Position numbers and translations under genes: made by a program. Shown in pieces: positions 37,951-50,324 of a DNA stretch of 64,000 nt (position 1 is its first letter; every line of letters begins with the position of its first letter). The notes beneath the pieces were generated by a model. It worked only from the letters and a program-made list of their open reading frames with translations. It did not search any database and was not told where the DNA came from. Origin of the DNA: Candidatus Latescibacterota bacterium (GTDB lineage Bacteria > Latescibacterota > UBA2968 > UBA8231); assembly GCA_965243025.1 (NCBI GenBank), contig CBDETY010000003.1:2624001-2688000 (forward strand). The letters are read 5' to 3'.

Positions 37951-38152
37951 CCACGCGCCGGGGTCCGCCCCTCCCACGAGACTTTCCGGAAATCTGAAGA
38001 GGGAGCTCGGGCTTGCAAAACCCCGGACGATTGGTTAGATACAGTGATTCGTTTCCGCCCGCATTAACTCCACTGCTGCAGATGCGGCGCTTCCCGCCTC
38101 AACCAACCTCGCCGAAAATCAGCCACCCGATCCACTACAGGAGAACAGCTTT

Positions 38153-38806
38153 TTGCGTCTGATCCTTTTGGGTTCCCCTGGCTCCGGTAAGGGGACCCAG
38201 GCCAGAAGGCTTGTCGAGCACTTCGGCATCCTTCAGGTATGCACCGGCGACATGCTCCGGGAGGCCGTCGCCTCGCAAAGCGACCTCGGGGTCCTTGTCC
38301 AACATTACATGAGGACCGGGCACCTCGTGCCCGACCACCACGTCAACCAGCTCGTCGCCGAGCGCCTCGCGCAGGAAGACGCCGGCAACGGCTTCGTCAT
38401 GGACGGGTACCCACGCACCCTGCCCCAGGTCGATTCGTTCCATGAGCTGCTCGACCGCCGCGGGCTGCAGCTCGACGGCGTCATCTTCATCGACGTCCCG
38501 GACGAGGCGGTCATCCACCGCATGACCGGACGCCGCGTCGATCCGATGACCGGGGCGATCTACAACCTCCACCTCGACGGCCCCCCGTCCGGCGAGGTCG
38601 CAGGCCGCCTCGAGCAGCGCCCCGACGACACCGAGGAGGTGATCCGGGAGCGCATGGCGACCTTCCACCACGAGACCGGTCCCGTGATCGCCCGCTACCG
38701 GTGCCTCGGGAGGCTGATAACCGTCGACGGCAACGCCGATTCCGACATTGTTTTCGAGGAGATCCGGCAGCAACTCATGGCGCTGGCCCCGGAACCCCGG
38801 CAATGA
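38153..38806 (+). CDS. adk: Adenylate kinase
   Basis: LGSPGSGKGTQA P-loop, TGDMLR, DGYPRT, RPDD; AGGAG RBS, TTG start. Confidence 0.96.
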   Translation: MRLILLGSPGSGKGTQARRLVEHFGILQVCTGDMLREAVASQSDLGVLVQHYMRTGHLVPDHHVNQLVAERLAQEDAGNGFVMDGYPRTLPQVDSFHELLDRRGLQLDGVIFIDVPDEAVIHRMTGRRVDPMTGAIYNLHLDGPPSGEVAGRLEQRPDDTEEVIRERMATFHHETGPVIARYRCLGRLITVDGNADSDIVFEEIRQQLMALAPEPRQ

Positions 38807-39132
38807 CCGCATCCGACAAGCTTTCCCTCTACAAGACCGGTCTCGACCATTACGCCCGGCAGGAGTTCGAGGCCGCGGCCGACACCTTTCGCCGGGCCCT
38901 CGAGATCGATCCTGACTTCGCGGACGTCCACCAGGCGCTCGCCCACGTCTGGGAGAAGCTCGGGGATTTCGACGCCGCTCTCGACTCGGCGAAGCGCGCC
39001 GCGGAGCTCAATCCCGGCGACTTTCTCGTCCACACCAGCCTGTCGATGTTCTACCAGCGCAAGGGGATGATCGCCGAAGCCGAGGCTTCCAAAGCCAGGG
39101 CCGCGGAACTGCAGCCGCAACAGGGAAGCTGA
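38803..39132 (+). CDS. Small TPR protein
   Basis: ATGA-coupled to adk; ALEIDPDFADVH, AAELNPGD, HTSLSMFYQRKG. Confidence 0.8.
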   Translation: MTASDKLSLYKTGLDHYARQEFEAAADTFRRALEIDPDFADVHQALAHVWEKLGDFDAALDSAKRAAELNPGDFLVHTSLSMFYQRKGMIAEAEASKARAAELQPQQGS

Positions 39133-39179
39133 TCCCGTTCGGCTGCCCCTGGCGCCTTCGGCGGCCGCCCGCAGAAACC

Positions 39180-40298
39180 ATGTCCCTCCCTTCACTCGCC
39201 ACAGCCCCGGCGCCAGCGCCTTCCGGGCCGCCCCGAAACGAGCCGGGGCCCGGCTTCCGGATCGGCCCGCATGAGATACGCCCCCTGCGCCCGGACATGC
39301 CCGTCCTCTCCCTCGCCCCTATGGCGGGAGTGGGCAACTGGGTCTTCCGCCTGATCTGCGCCCGCCTCGGGGCGCGCACCGTCGGGGTGGAGTTCATCAA
39401 CTGCCGGGTCATCGGGGAGAACTCTGCGCGCACCCGCAGGCTGCTCGACTTCTCGGACGCCGGGATCTACGACCGCACCGGGATGTCGCTGCTCGCCGCC
39501 CAGATCTACGGCAACGACATCGACCTCATCGCCGCAGGGGCGGGCGAGTTCGAGAGGCGCGGCTGCCACCTCGTCGACATCAACTTCGGGTGCAGCGTGC
39601 CCCAGATCCTGCGCAAGGGATGCGGCGCCGCCTACCTGCGCGACCTCGACCGTATGTACCGCGCCGTGCGCGCCGCGGTCGAGGCGGTTTCCGTCCCGGT
39701 CATGGTCAAGACCCGCATCGGTTGGGACGCCGATTCCGTCAACATCGTCGAGGTGATCAAGCGCTGCGAGGATGCCGGGGCCCGGGCGATCGCCGTCCAC
39801 GCCCGCACGGTGGAACAGAAATACAAGGGCCGGGCCGACTGGGGCTGGATTGCCGCGGCAGTGGAAGCAGCGAGCGTGCCGGTGTTCGGCAACGGCGACG
39901 TGCACACCTGCGAGGACGCCTTCGCCATGAGCGAGCAGACCGGATGCGCCGGCGTCATGATCGGGCGCGCCGCCATCGCCAACCCCTGGATCTTCGCCGG
40001 CAGGAGGAACGTCGGGCTGCCGGAGCGCATCGACCTCGCCATCGAGCAGCTGAAGCTGATGGCGCGCTACAAGGGGGACCGGGTCGGGGTGCTCGAAACC
40101 CGCAAGCACCTCGCCCTCTACTTCAAGGACCTGGGCAGGAACTCGGAGACGCGGCGCAGGATCCTGACCACGGCGTCGCTGCCGGAGCTGATCGAGGTGC
40201 TGTGCGCCTGGAGGCAGAGCGGCGCCGAGGAGCCTGCGGCCGACCTGGGGCTGACCCACGCCGAAGCCGGGGCCCTCGCCTGGGGCGGCAACGGCTGA
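39180..40298 (+). CDS. dusB: tRNA-dihydrouridine synthase (DusB-like)
   Basis: LAPMAG, DINFGC, VKTRIGWD, HART, GNGD, GVMIGR; start uncertain. Confidence 0.9.
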   Translation: MSLPSLATAPAPAPSGPPRNEPGPGFRIGPHEIRPLRPDMPVLSLAPMAGVGNWVFRLICARLGARTVGVEFINCRVIGENSARTRRLLDFSDAGIYDRTGMSLLAAQIYGNDIDLIAAGAGEFERRGCHLVDINFGCSVPQILRKGCGAAYLRDLDRMYRAVRAAVEAVSVPVMVKTRIGWDADSVNIVEVIKRCEDAGARAIAVHARTVEQKYKGRADWGWIAAAVEAASVPVFGNGDVHTCEDAFAMSEQTGCAGVMIGRAAIANPWIFAGRRNVGLPERIDLAIEQLKLMARYKGDRVGVLETRKHLALYFKDLGRNSETRRRILTTASLPELIEVLCAWRQSGAEEPAADLGLTHAEAGALAWGGNG

Positions 40299-40388
40299 TG
40301 TCGGCTTGCGCCGCGGCCTCTTCCCCGATTGACCGCCTCTGTCCGCAGGGCCGGCATTTTGGCGCGCTTCGCCAAGGAGGATGAGCAC

Positions 40389-41237
40389 GTGAGCAAGACT
40401 TTCTGGGATTCCACCCAGCGCCATTTTCCCACCCAGGAGGAGCTGGCCGCCCTCGACAGGGACCTGCGGTTTCACCCGGCCCCGGCCGCGGCCGGCGAGA
40501 AGCTGAGCGCGCAACAGCTCGAATCCTACAACCTCGAGGGGTACCTGCTGCCCTTCCGCGTGTTCTCCGACGCCGAGATCGGCCGCCTGCGCTCCCATTT
40601 CGACGGCTGGCTCGAGGAAGCTCAGTGCCAGGGGGCCGACAGCTATTCGATCGTCTCGGCCCACATCAAGCACGGCATCGTCTGGGACCTCCTCAGGGAC
40701 CGGCGCATCACGGCGTACGTCGGCGACATCCTCGGCAGCGACTTCATCTGCTGGGGCGCCCACTTCTTCTGCAAGATGCCAGGCGACGGCAAGCGCGTCT
40801 CCTGGCACCAGGACGCCAGCTACTGGCCCCTTTCTCCCTCGAAGACGGTCTCCGTCTGGCTCGCGGTCGACAGGGCGGACCGCGAAAACGCCTGCATGCA
40901 GTTCGTCGCCGGCTCCCATCTCCACGGCCACCTCGATTTCGTGCGCAGCGCCGAGTCGGAGGCCAACATCCTCAACCAGACCGTGCCGGAGGCGGAGCGC
41001 TTCGGCCACCGGGTGGTCGACGTCGAGCTCGAGGCGGGCGAGATATCCCTGCACTCCGACCTGCTGCTGCACGGCTCGGCCCCGAACCTGTCCGACCGCC
41101 GCCGCTGCGGCCTCACCCTGCGCTACGCCGCCGCCGAGGTGCGCGCCGAGTACAACTGGAACTCCGAGGGGGTCGTCGTCAGCGGCAGCGACCCGGGCGG
41201 TCACTGGGCAGATCCGCCGCGGCCGGCCGCCCACTGA
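40389..41237 (+). CDS. Phytanoyl-CoA dioxygenase (PhyH) family Fe(II)/2OG dioxygenase
   Basis: WHQD, VWLAVD, LLHGS, RR; AAGGAGG RBS before GTG. Confidence 0.9.
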   Translation: MSKTFWDSTQRHFPTQEELAALDRDLRFHPAPAAAGEKLSAQQLESYNLEGYLLPFRVFSDAEIGRLRSHFDGWLEEAQCQGADSYSIVSAHIKHGIVWDLLRDRRITAYVGDILGSDFICWGAHFFCKMPGDGKRVSWHQDASYWPLSPSKTVSVWLAVDRADRENACMQFVAGSHLHGHLDFVRSAESEANILNQTVPEAERFGHRVVDVELEAGEISLHSDLLLHGSAPNLSDRRRCGLTLRYAAAEVRAEYNWNSEGVVVSGSDPGGHWADPPRPAAH

Positions 41238-41258
41238 ACCGAAGGTGAAACGCGCCTC

Positions 41259-42746
41259 GTGAAACGAGTCCTCATCGCCGGCCTCTACGAGGAGGTCGGC
41301 AGCTTCAACCCCCTGCTCACCCGGTACGAGGATTTCCAGATCCGCCGCGGCCGGGAAATCCTCGACCAGCTCCGCGGCACCGACAGCGCCACCGCCGGCG
41401 GCATCGCCGTGCTCGAGGCCCGCGGCGACATCGAGCTTGTGCCGACGGTCCACGCCTTCCGCGACGCCACCGGGGGGCCGGTCGCCGCCGCCGACCTCGA
41501 CCGCCTGCTCGAAGAGATCCTCGCTTCCGTGGGCGACCACGCCGACGCCGACGGCGCCTTTCTCTTCCTGCACGGGGCCATGGCCGGGGTCGACGAGGAC
41601 GATCCCGAGGGCCGGCTGGCCGCCGGGGTGCGCGAGATCCTCGGACCCGGAAAGCCGATAACCGCGCCGATGGACCTGCACGCCGTCCTCACCGGCAGAC
41701 TCCTCGACAGCATCGACATCGTCAACCTGCTGCTGACCTACCCCCACACCGACATGGTCTCCACGGGAGAGCGGGCGGCCCGCAACCTGCTGCGCCTCCT
41801 CGACGGCGAAGTGAGCCCGACCACCGCCCGCATCGAGCTGCCGATGCTGGTGCGCGGCGACGAGCTCATCACCGCGACCGGCCTCTTCGGGGAAGCGGTC
41901 CGGCACTGCGAGATGCTGGAGAGAACCGGCGCCTGCCTGGCCGCGGGGGTCAACATCGGCAACCCGTTCACCGACGTTCCCCACCTGCGCTCCAACGTGG
42001 TCGTCACCACGGACAGCCATCCGCAGCGGGCGCGGCGGGAAGCGCTGCGGCTCGCCCGCTTCATGTGGCGCCACCGCGCCGACATGCAGGCCGACCTGAC
42101 CCCCCTGCCCGAGGCGATCCGCCTCGCCGAGGAGACCGAAGGGCTCACCGTGTTCTCCGACGCCGCCGACTCGACCGCGTCGGGCGCGCCAGGGGACAGC
42201 AACGCCGTCCTCCGGGGGCTGTTCGAGCACCGCTATTCGAAGCGCGCCCTGGTTCCCATCGTCGACGCCCCTGCCGTCGCCATGGCCGCGGAGGCCGGTG
42301 TCGGCGCAACCCTGACGCTGCCGCTCGGGGGGACCATCGACAGCGAGCGCCACGCCCCGTTCGAGGTCGAGGCAAGGGTTGTGAGCCTCGGCGACGGCAA
42401 CTTCACCTACGAAGGGGGAATTCCGGGGGAGGCCGGCCTCACCGCGGTGCTCGCCGCGGGCGGACACCGCGTCATGGTCACTGAAAGGCCGGTGATGTGG
42501 GTGGGCCTCCGCGTCTTCCGGGCCCAGGGACTGGAACCGCTGGACTTCGACCTGGTGGTGTGCAAGTCCCCGAACGGGTTCCGCGTCCACTACGAGTCGA
42601 TCGCCGCCCGCATCGTCGCCGTCGACCTGCCGGGAGGGACCAGCGCCAACCTCAGGTCGCTGCCGTACCGGCGCATCCCGCGGCCGATGTACCCCCTCGA
42701 CGAGGATGCCGGACCGCCCCCGGAGTTCAACGGGGCCGACGATTGA
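41259..42746 (+). CDS. M81 family metallopeptidase (MlrC-like)
   Basis: LHGAM, DPEG, DLHA, TYPHTD, DAADS..SGAPGD, VVCKS. Confidence 0.9.
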   Translation: MKRVLIAGLYEEVGSFNPLLTRYEDFQIRRGREILDQLRGTDSATAGGIAVLEARGDIELVPTVHAFRDATGGPVAAADLDRLLEEILASVGDHADADGAFLFLHGAMAGVDEDDPEGRLAAGVREILGPGKPITAPMDLHAVLTGRLLDSIDIVNLLLTYPHTDMVSTGERAARNLLRLLDGEVSPTTARIELPMLVRGDELITATGLFGEAVRHCEMLERTGACLAAGVNIGNPFTDVPHLRSNVVVTTDSHPQRARREALRLARFMWRHRADMQADLTPLPEAIRLAEETEGLTVFSDAADSTASGAPGDSNAVLRGLFEHRYSKRALVPIVDAPAVAMAAEAGVGATLTLPLGGTIDSERHAPFEVEARVVSLGDGNFTYEGGIPGEAGLTAVLAAGGHRVMVTERPVMWVGLRVFRAQGLEPLDFDLVVCKSPNGFRVHYESIAARIVAVDLPGGTSANLRSLPYRRIPRPMYPLDEDAGPPPEFNGADD

Positions 42747-42780
42747 CCCCGGCCAGGACCGGGTCGACGGGTGGTGCCGC

Positions 42781-43695
42781 CTACGTTCTGGCCGGCACGA
42801 CCTCCCAGCGGTGATGCTTCGAGCCCCCGGCGGCCTCGGCTGCCAGGGCCTCCTCCCACATCCGCGCCCACTCGCCGTGATCGGTCAGCACCGAGTCCGG
42901 GTTTGAGCGGCTGCGCACAACGAAGTCCGGGTAGAACGGGCGCCCGGTCGGGGTGCCGGTCTTCTGGTAGCGCAGGTCCATGCTCCAGCGCACCGTGTCG
43001 GTGTTGTTCGGGGTCGAGCGATGGGGGATCTCCTTGCTCATCAGCAGCACGTCCCCCTTCTCCATCGGCAGGGTCAGCGGCTCGACGTCCGGCATCGCCT
43101 CTTCGGCGATAACCGTGCCTTTGCCCTGGATGGTCTCGTGCTTCCACAGCCCGGTCCTGTGCACCCTGGGAATGATCTGGAGACAGCCGTTTTCCGGGGT
43201 CGCCGGGACCATCGGCAGCCAAACCGTCAGGATGAAGTGGGGATCCGCCTCCTCCCAGGTCACGCCGGCGTCCTGGTGCCAGGGCGCCACGTGGCCGTCC
43301 CCCCCCTTCGTGGTGCCGTGGGGCAGCTTGCCGCGGATGTGCTGGATCGGGCTGCAGATGATCTCCGGCCCGACGATGGGCTCGACGAGATCGAGCAGGT
43401 TGTCGTTGAGCAGGAATTCGAACGACGCCTTCCCCCGCAGCCGGTATATGTCGAGGTCGGCGTAGATCTCCGCGCACTGGTCGTTGATCAGGGCGAGCCG
43501 CTTCTCGAACGGGGCGTCGGCGTGCCGGTCGCCGATCTTCCCCTCGGCGAGCAGCTCGTTCGCCCGCCGGTCGATGTGCGCCTCGTACTCCTCGATGACG
43601 GGGTCGACGTCGCTGTCGGCGAGGATGCCCCGCAGCAGCAGGAAGCCGTCGTTGCCGAACATCGTCAGTTGTTCTTCGGTCAGTCCCATGTCCAT
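42781..43695 (-). CDS. PhyH family dioxygenase
   Basis: PWHQD, TVWLP, NGCL, PHRS, RWSMDLRYQ; start could be up to 43725. Confidence 0.9.
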   Translation of the reverse strand: MDMGLTEEQLTMFGNDGFLLLRGILADSDVDPVIEEYEAHIDRRANELLAEGKIGDRHADAPFEKRLALINDQCAEIYADLDIYRLRGKASFEFLLNDNLLDLVEPIVGPEIICSPIQHIRGKLPHGTTKGGDGHVAPWHQDAGVTWEEADPHFILTVWLPMVPATPENGCLQIIPRVHRTGLWKHETIQGKGTVIAEEAMPDVEPLTLPMEKGDVLLMSKEIPHRSTPNNTDTVRWSMDLRYQKTGTPTGRPFYPDFVVRSRSNPDSVLTDHGEWARMWEEALAAEAAGGSKHHRWEVVPART

Positions 43696-43864
43696 GCTCC
43701 GATACGTGAAAGGGTGCTTTCCCAAAGGTGCCCTTTGAGGGCGGAGTCAGCAAGCATTCCGGGTTGAATCATTTCTCCCCAATTCTACGAAATTTCCCGC
43801 CACCATCGCCTGACCCACCAAAGGCCGAAAGTTGCTTCCAGTTGCTTCCACTGGTGTACCGTTT

Positions 43865-45700
<1,836 letters not shown>

Positions 45701-45976
45701 CGGGGGTTCAGCCTGTACCTTCGAAGAAATGCGGAAGTCCGCGCCCGTTTTCACGGTCAAGGACAGGAAGCATTGCGTGTTTCTGGACCTGGACAGGACG
45801 AATGCAGCACGGCCCTTAAAAGCGAAACCGCATCCGCTCCAGCTGATTTTCGTGCGACGGACCGGAGGCTTCCGAGCGCCTGCTCTGCAACGGTCCGCCT
45901 GCAGACTTCGAGCCAGACCTTCTCCCGGCGTGTCAGGTCGGGCATGGTTGGTCTCTCCAGTAGACGGATCCCGCGG

Positions 45977-46816
45977 CTACTCGGCTACCGCCTCCTCTCC
46001 CAAGTTCTCGCGGATCCACTCCCGCAGCGGCACGTCCTCCTCCTTCGGGGAGGTGAACCCCATCCCCCCGGTCGGCCCGGCCCCGAGCAGCTGCCGCCTG
46101 ACGGGATCGCAGCGCTCCATGTAGTGGCCCACGGTCATGTCGTCGCGCGGCTTGAGCCAGCGGTAGCTGTACCCGTAGAAAAGCACCTTGCGGGTGATGT
46201 TCGAGCGGTTGCGGCCGGCCGCGTGCCACAACCGGCGGTCGAAGAAGACGGCGTCCCCCGGCCTGGCGCGGATCTCCGTCGCCCCCGGGGGATCGGAGCC
46301 GTCCCGGGGCAGCTCGAGCTCGTTGCGCAGGTGGCTCCCGGGCACCACGGTGAAGTTGCCGCGGTGCGGCTGCGAGGTGTCGGTGAGGAAGTAGGCGACC
46401 TTGAGCGACACCCGGGGGCGCGGATTCCCCTCGAGCTCGATGTTGAGCCTGCCGGTGTCCTGGTGCCAGCCGAGCCGCCTGTCGAGCCGGCGGTTCTCCT
46501 CCGAAAGCGGCGGCGTCACCACGATGTGGGAGTGATAGAGCTGGATGTGCCAGCCGAGGATCCCCCACACCTTCGGAAAGGTCAGCGGCCAGTCGAGAAG
46601 CTCGAGGAAGACGTCGTCCCTGCCGATGAAATCGAGCAGCAGGTACGACTCGCGAGGGTCCGGGGGCAGCTCGATGCGGTCGGTCGCCGCCTCCAGCCGG
46701 GATACGAGGTCGGCGGGAACCACGCCGGGAACCTGGAAGTAGCCGTCCCTTTCGAAGGCGAGCCGCTCTTCTTCGGTCAGGCAGTGCTCGAGACAGGAAG
46801 GGTCCATTTCATTCAC
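45977..46816 (-). CDS. PhyH family dioxygenase
   Basis: WHQD, LKVAYFLTD, PGSH, RLWHA. Confidence 0.9.
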   Translation of the reverse strand: MNEMDPSCLEHCLTEEERLAFERDGYFQVPGVVPADLVSRLEAATDRIELPPDPRESYLLLDFIGRDDVFLELLDWPLTFPKVWGILGWHIQLYHSHIVVTPPLSEENRRLDRRLGWHQDTGRLNIELEGNPRPRVSLKVAYFLTDTSQPHRGNFTVVPGSHLRNELELPRDGSDPPGATEIRARPGDAVFFDRRLWHAAGRNRSNITRKVLFYGYSYRWLKPRDDMTVGHYMERCDPVRRQLLGAGPTGGMGFTSPKEEDVPLREWIRENLGEEAVAE

Positions 46817-46965
46817 CTGTTTGCAGTGGGGCCGCCCCGGCGCAAGCCCGTCCCGGATCGGTGGCCGTCAGGATTCCATGCCGGGCAGGAAGCGAGCCTC
46901 CAGGGCAGGGAATGCGGCGGCCGCATGACGCGGGAGCTGTGCCGGGAAACAGCGGTTTCACCTGA

Positions 46966-46994
46966 TTGACATCCGCAAAAAAGATCGCTAAGGT
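46966..46994 (+). promoter_or_regulatory. Sigma70-type promoter
   Basis: TTGACA-N17-TAAGGT about 40 bp upstream of the CocE/NonD gene. Confidence 0.6.
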
Positions 46995-47032
46995 CGCCCG
47001 CCGCTGCTACCGACCAACCGGGAGACAGATCC

Positions 47033-48706
47033 TTGGCTGAAACCTACGACGTCGACCTGCAACTCGATCTCAAGGTGCCGATGCGCGACGGCGTCGGGCT
47101 GTCGGCCGACATCTACCGGCCGCGCGCTCCCGGGCGCTTTCCCACGGTGCTGATCCGCACCCCGTACGACAACAACAGCCTCATCGCCAAGGCCCGCAGC
47201 CTCGCCAACCGGGGCTACGTCTGCGTCGCCCAGGACTGCCGCGGCCGCTGGGACTCCGACGGCGGCTACTACCCCTTTCACCCCGACGGCGAAGACGGGT
47301 ACGACACCCAGGAATGGATCGGCAGGCAGGAGTGGAGCAACGGAAAGATCGGCATGTCCGGGGCTTCCTACCTCGGCCTGGTCCAGTGGCAGAGCGCCGT
47401 GCACGCCAGCGAGCACCTGACCTGCATGGCCCCGCGCGTCATCTGCGCCGACTTCTACCAGGGCCTCGTCCACCCCGGAGGGGCCCTGCAGCTGGGGGTC
47501 TGCATGACCTGGGGCATGCGCACCAACGGCCGCACCGCCCAGGACATCGACTACCACAACTGGACCGAGGCTTTCCGCGGCCTGCCGGTCGCCGGCATCG
47601 ACGAGCTGGCCGGCCGCCGCATGCAGTTCTGGAAGGACTGGGTCGACCATCCCTGCTACGACGACTACTGGAAGGCGGTCGACGTCGAGAAGCGATTCGC
47701 CGACATCCGCGCCCCCGCCTTCAACATGGGGGGCTGGTACGACCTTTACGCGCGCGACACCTTCGTCTGCTTCAACGGCCTGCGCCGGCAGGGGGCCACT
47801 CCCGAGGCGAGGCGGAGCAAGCTGATCGTCGGCCCCTGGCCGCACTCGCTGAGCACCTCGACGAGGACCGGGGACATCGACTTCGGGGCCGACTCGATGG
47901 TCGACCTCGAGGGCCTGGAGCTGCGCTGGTTCGACTACTGGCTGAAGGGGATCGACAACGGCGTCGCCGGCGAACCGCCCCTGCGGCTGTTCATCATGGG
48001 CAGCAACCAGTGGCGGGACGAGCACGAGTGGCCGCTGGCGCGCACCGACTGGCAGAAGTGGCACCTCCATTCGCGGGGCAGCGCCAACACCCTGCTCGGG
48101 GACGGGTCGCTTTCCCCGCAGGCCCCAGGCGACGAGCCGCCCGACCGGTACGTCTACGATCCCGAGCACCCGGTGCAGACCAACGGGGGCAACAACTGCT
48201 GCTCTCCCCACATCGTCCCCTGGGGCCCTTACGATCAGCGCCCGGTGGAGATGCGGGGAGACGTGCTCTGCTACACGAGCGCGCCGCTGCGGGAGGCGAT
48301 GGAAGTGACCGGGCCGATAAAAGTGGTGCTGTTCGCCGCCACCGACGGCCGCGACACCGACTGGACCGCCAAGCTCGTCGACGTCTCCCCGGCCGGCTAC
48401 GCCATGAACCTGTGCGACGGCATCATCCGCGCCCGCTTCCACGAGGGTTTCGAGAGCGAGTCCCTGCTCGAGCCGGAGCGGATCTACCGCTACGAGATCG
48501 ACCTCTCGGCGACCGGCAACCTCTTCCGCGCCGGGCACCGGATCAGGCTGGAGATCTCGTCGTCGAACTTCCCGCGCTTCGACCGCAACCCGAACACCGG
48601 CAACGAGCTTGGCAAGGACACCGAGATGCGCAGGGCGAGGCAGACCGTCCACCACGACGCTGCCAACCCGTCGCACCTGCTGCTGCCGGTGATCCCGGCG
48701 GGCTGA
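47033..48706 (+). CDS. CocE/NonD family hydrolase (X-Pro dipeptidyl peptidase-like)
   Basis: VPMRDGV.LSAD, RTPY, GASY nucleophile, GGWYD, GPWPH, SSSNFPRFDRN. Confidence 0.93.
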   Translation: MAETYDVDLQLDLKVPMRDGVGLSADIYRPRAPGRFPTVLIRTPYDNNSLIAKARSLANRGYVCVAQDCRGRWDSDGGYYPFHPDGEDGYDTQEWIGRQEWSNGKIGMSGASYLGLVQWQSAVHASEHLTCMAPRVICADFYQGLVHPGGALQLGVCMTWGMRTNGRTAQDIDYHNWTEAFRGLPVAGIDELAGRRMQFWKDWVDHPCYDDYWKAVDVEKRFADIRAPAFNMGGWYDLYARDTFVCFNGLRRQGATPEARRSKLIVGPWPHSLSTSTRTGDIDFGADSMVDLEGLELRWFDYWLKGIDNGVAGEPPLRLFIMGSNQWRDEHEWPLARTDWQKWHLHSRGSANTLLGDGSLSPQAPGDEPPDRYVYDPEHPVQTNGGNNCCSPHIVPWGPYDQRPVEMRGDVLCYTSAPLREAMEVTGPIKVVLFAATDGRDTDWTAKLVDVSPAGYAMNLCDGIIRARFHEGFESESLLEPERIYRYEIDLSATGNLFRAGHRIRLEISSSNFPRFDRNPNTGNELGKDTEMRRARQTVHHDAANPSHLLLPVIPAG

Positions 48707-48751
48707 GCGGCACCGAACACAGTCGGCCCCGATGGCGAAGGCTCTCATCCA

Positions 48752-49921
48752 TTGGCTGCGACCGAGGTAGAAGTCGCCACCTTCGACGGCCCCGGAGCGC
48801 CGCCGCGGATCCAGTCCGTTGAGCGGCCCCCGGTTCCGGAGCGGGCCGCCCTGATCGAGGTGGGGGCCTGCGGCGTCTGCGGCACCGACCTGCACATCCT
48901 GAAAGGTCACTGGCCGAAGCCGCTGCCCTGGCCCTTCACCCTCGGGCACGAGGTCGCCGGCGTAATCGCCGAGAAGGGCTCCGGCCTCGAGGCCGACTAC
49001 ATGGGCAAGCCGCTCGAGGTGGGCGCGAAAGTCATGATCCCGCCGCTGATGCCCTGCGGCGAGTGCCACTACTGCCGCCACTACCCCGCCCATGCCAACA
49101 AGTGCCTCAACCCGACCTACTACGGCCGCTACATCCCGTTCGCAAAGCCGCCGCACCTGTGGGGCGGCTGGGCGGAGATGGTCTACGTCGACCTCGACAT
49201 GTTCCCGGCGACCAAGATCTACCGCCTGCCCGACGACATGACCTGCATGCAGGGCTCCCTGTCCGAGCCGCTCGCCTGCTGCATACGCGCCCTCGGGCGG
49301 GCGCGCTCGGTGGGCGGCTTCGGCTACGGCGACGCGGTGGTCGTTCAGGGGGCCGGACCGATCGCCGTGCTGATGGTGGCGGCGGCGCGCGAGATGGGGG
49401 CCGGACCGATCGTCGTCATCGGCGCCCCGGAAGAGCCCCGACTCGCCCTCTGCCGGGAGTTCTCCGCGGCGGCGACTGTCTGCCTCGACGACCACCCCGC
49501 ATCCGGGGCCCGCGTCGAGGCGGTGCGCGAGAAGCTCGCCGGTCTCGGGGCCCGGTTCGGGGCCGATCTGGCGATCGACTGCGCCGGCCATCCCTCGGCC
49601 GGCCCCGAGGGCCTCGAGATGCTCCGCGACGGCGGCACCTACGTCGAAATGGGGCAGTTCACCGACGCCGGGGCGGTCGCCACCAACTGGCACCGCATCT
49701 GCGCCAAGGACGTGACCATCGTCGCTTCCTGGGGAATAACCGCGGGCGACCTGCCGCTCGGGGTCGACATGCTGCACCGGGCGCGGGAGCGGTTCCCCTG
49801 GCGGCGCATGCAGACGGTCTTTCCCTTCACCCGGGAGGGGGTGCAGGAGGCGACCCGGAAGGCCATGGCCATGGAGTGCGTCAAGGCGACCATCCTGCCG
49901 AATCCGTCGCTCGCCGAGTAG
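48752..49921 (+). CDS. Zinc-binding medium-chain alcohol dehydrogenase
   Basis: CGTD, GHE, CGECHYC..C, GAGPI. Confidence 0.92.
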   Translation: MAATEVEVATFDGPGAPPRIQSVERPPVPERAALIEVGACGVCGTDLHILKGHWPKPLPWPFTLGHEVAGVIAEKGSGLEADYMGKPLEVGAKVMIPPLMPCGECHYCRHYPAHANKCLNPTYYGRYIPFAKPPHLWGGWAEMVYVDLDMFPATKIYRLPDDMTCMQGSLSEPLACCIRALGRARSVGGFGYGDAVVVQGAGPIAVLMVAAAREMGAGPIVVIGAPEEPRLALCREFSAAATVCLDDHPASGARVEAVREKLAGLGARFGADLAIDCAGHPSAGPEGLEMLRDGGTYVEMGQFTDAGAVATNWHRICAKDVTIVASWGITAGDLPLGVDMLHRARERFPWRRMQTVFPFTREGVQEATRKAMAMECVKATILPNPSLAE

Positions 49922-50324
49922 GGTCCCGTTCCATCCCTTTGCCGTTTCCCGCCGAATCCGCGAATCGATACCGGACCGGGACAACAGGTGCCGGCCCGGT
50001 ATCGCTGCAATCGTAACCGAAGCTTCGCCGGATCGCCACGCCCCGGCCGCCGGGACGAAACCCGCAGGACGCCGGTCCGACGCGGATCGAGCGCCGCGCA
50101 GCCGCGGATCCCGGGCTACCGCCCGACGGCGGTTGGCAGCGTCCCGACGGCGCCGGGAACTCCCGGTACTTTCGCCTGACCCCGCGCGGATTCGCCCCCG
50201 GCCCGGCGGGAAGAAACAAGGTGGGGTGATTCGTCAGCTCATCCGATGGCGGGCATGATGCGTTGGAACGGCCTCGAGCGCCGGCCTATCGTTAGCAGCA
50301 TCACGCTCAACGAAAGGGTCCCTC

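Noticed and set aside
49966-50004. Hairpin CGATACCGG...CCGGTATCG after the ADH gene
   Set aside because: No U-tract and no second copy seen; cannot be assigned as terminator, REP or ncRNA
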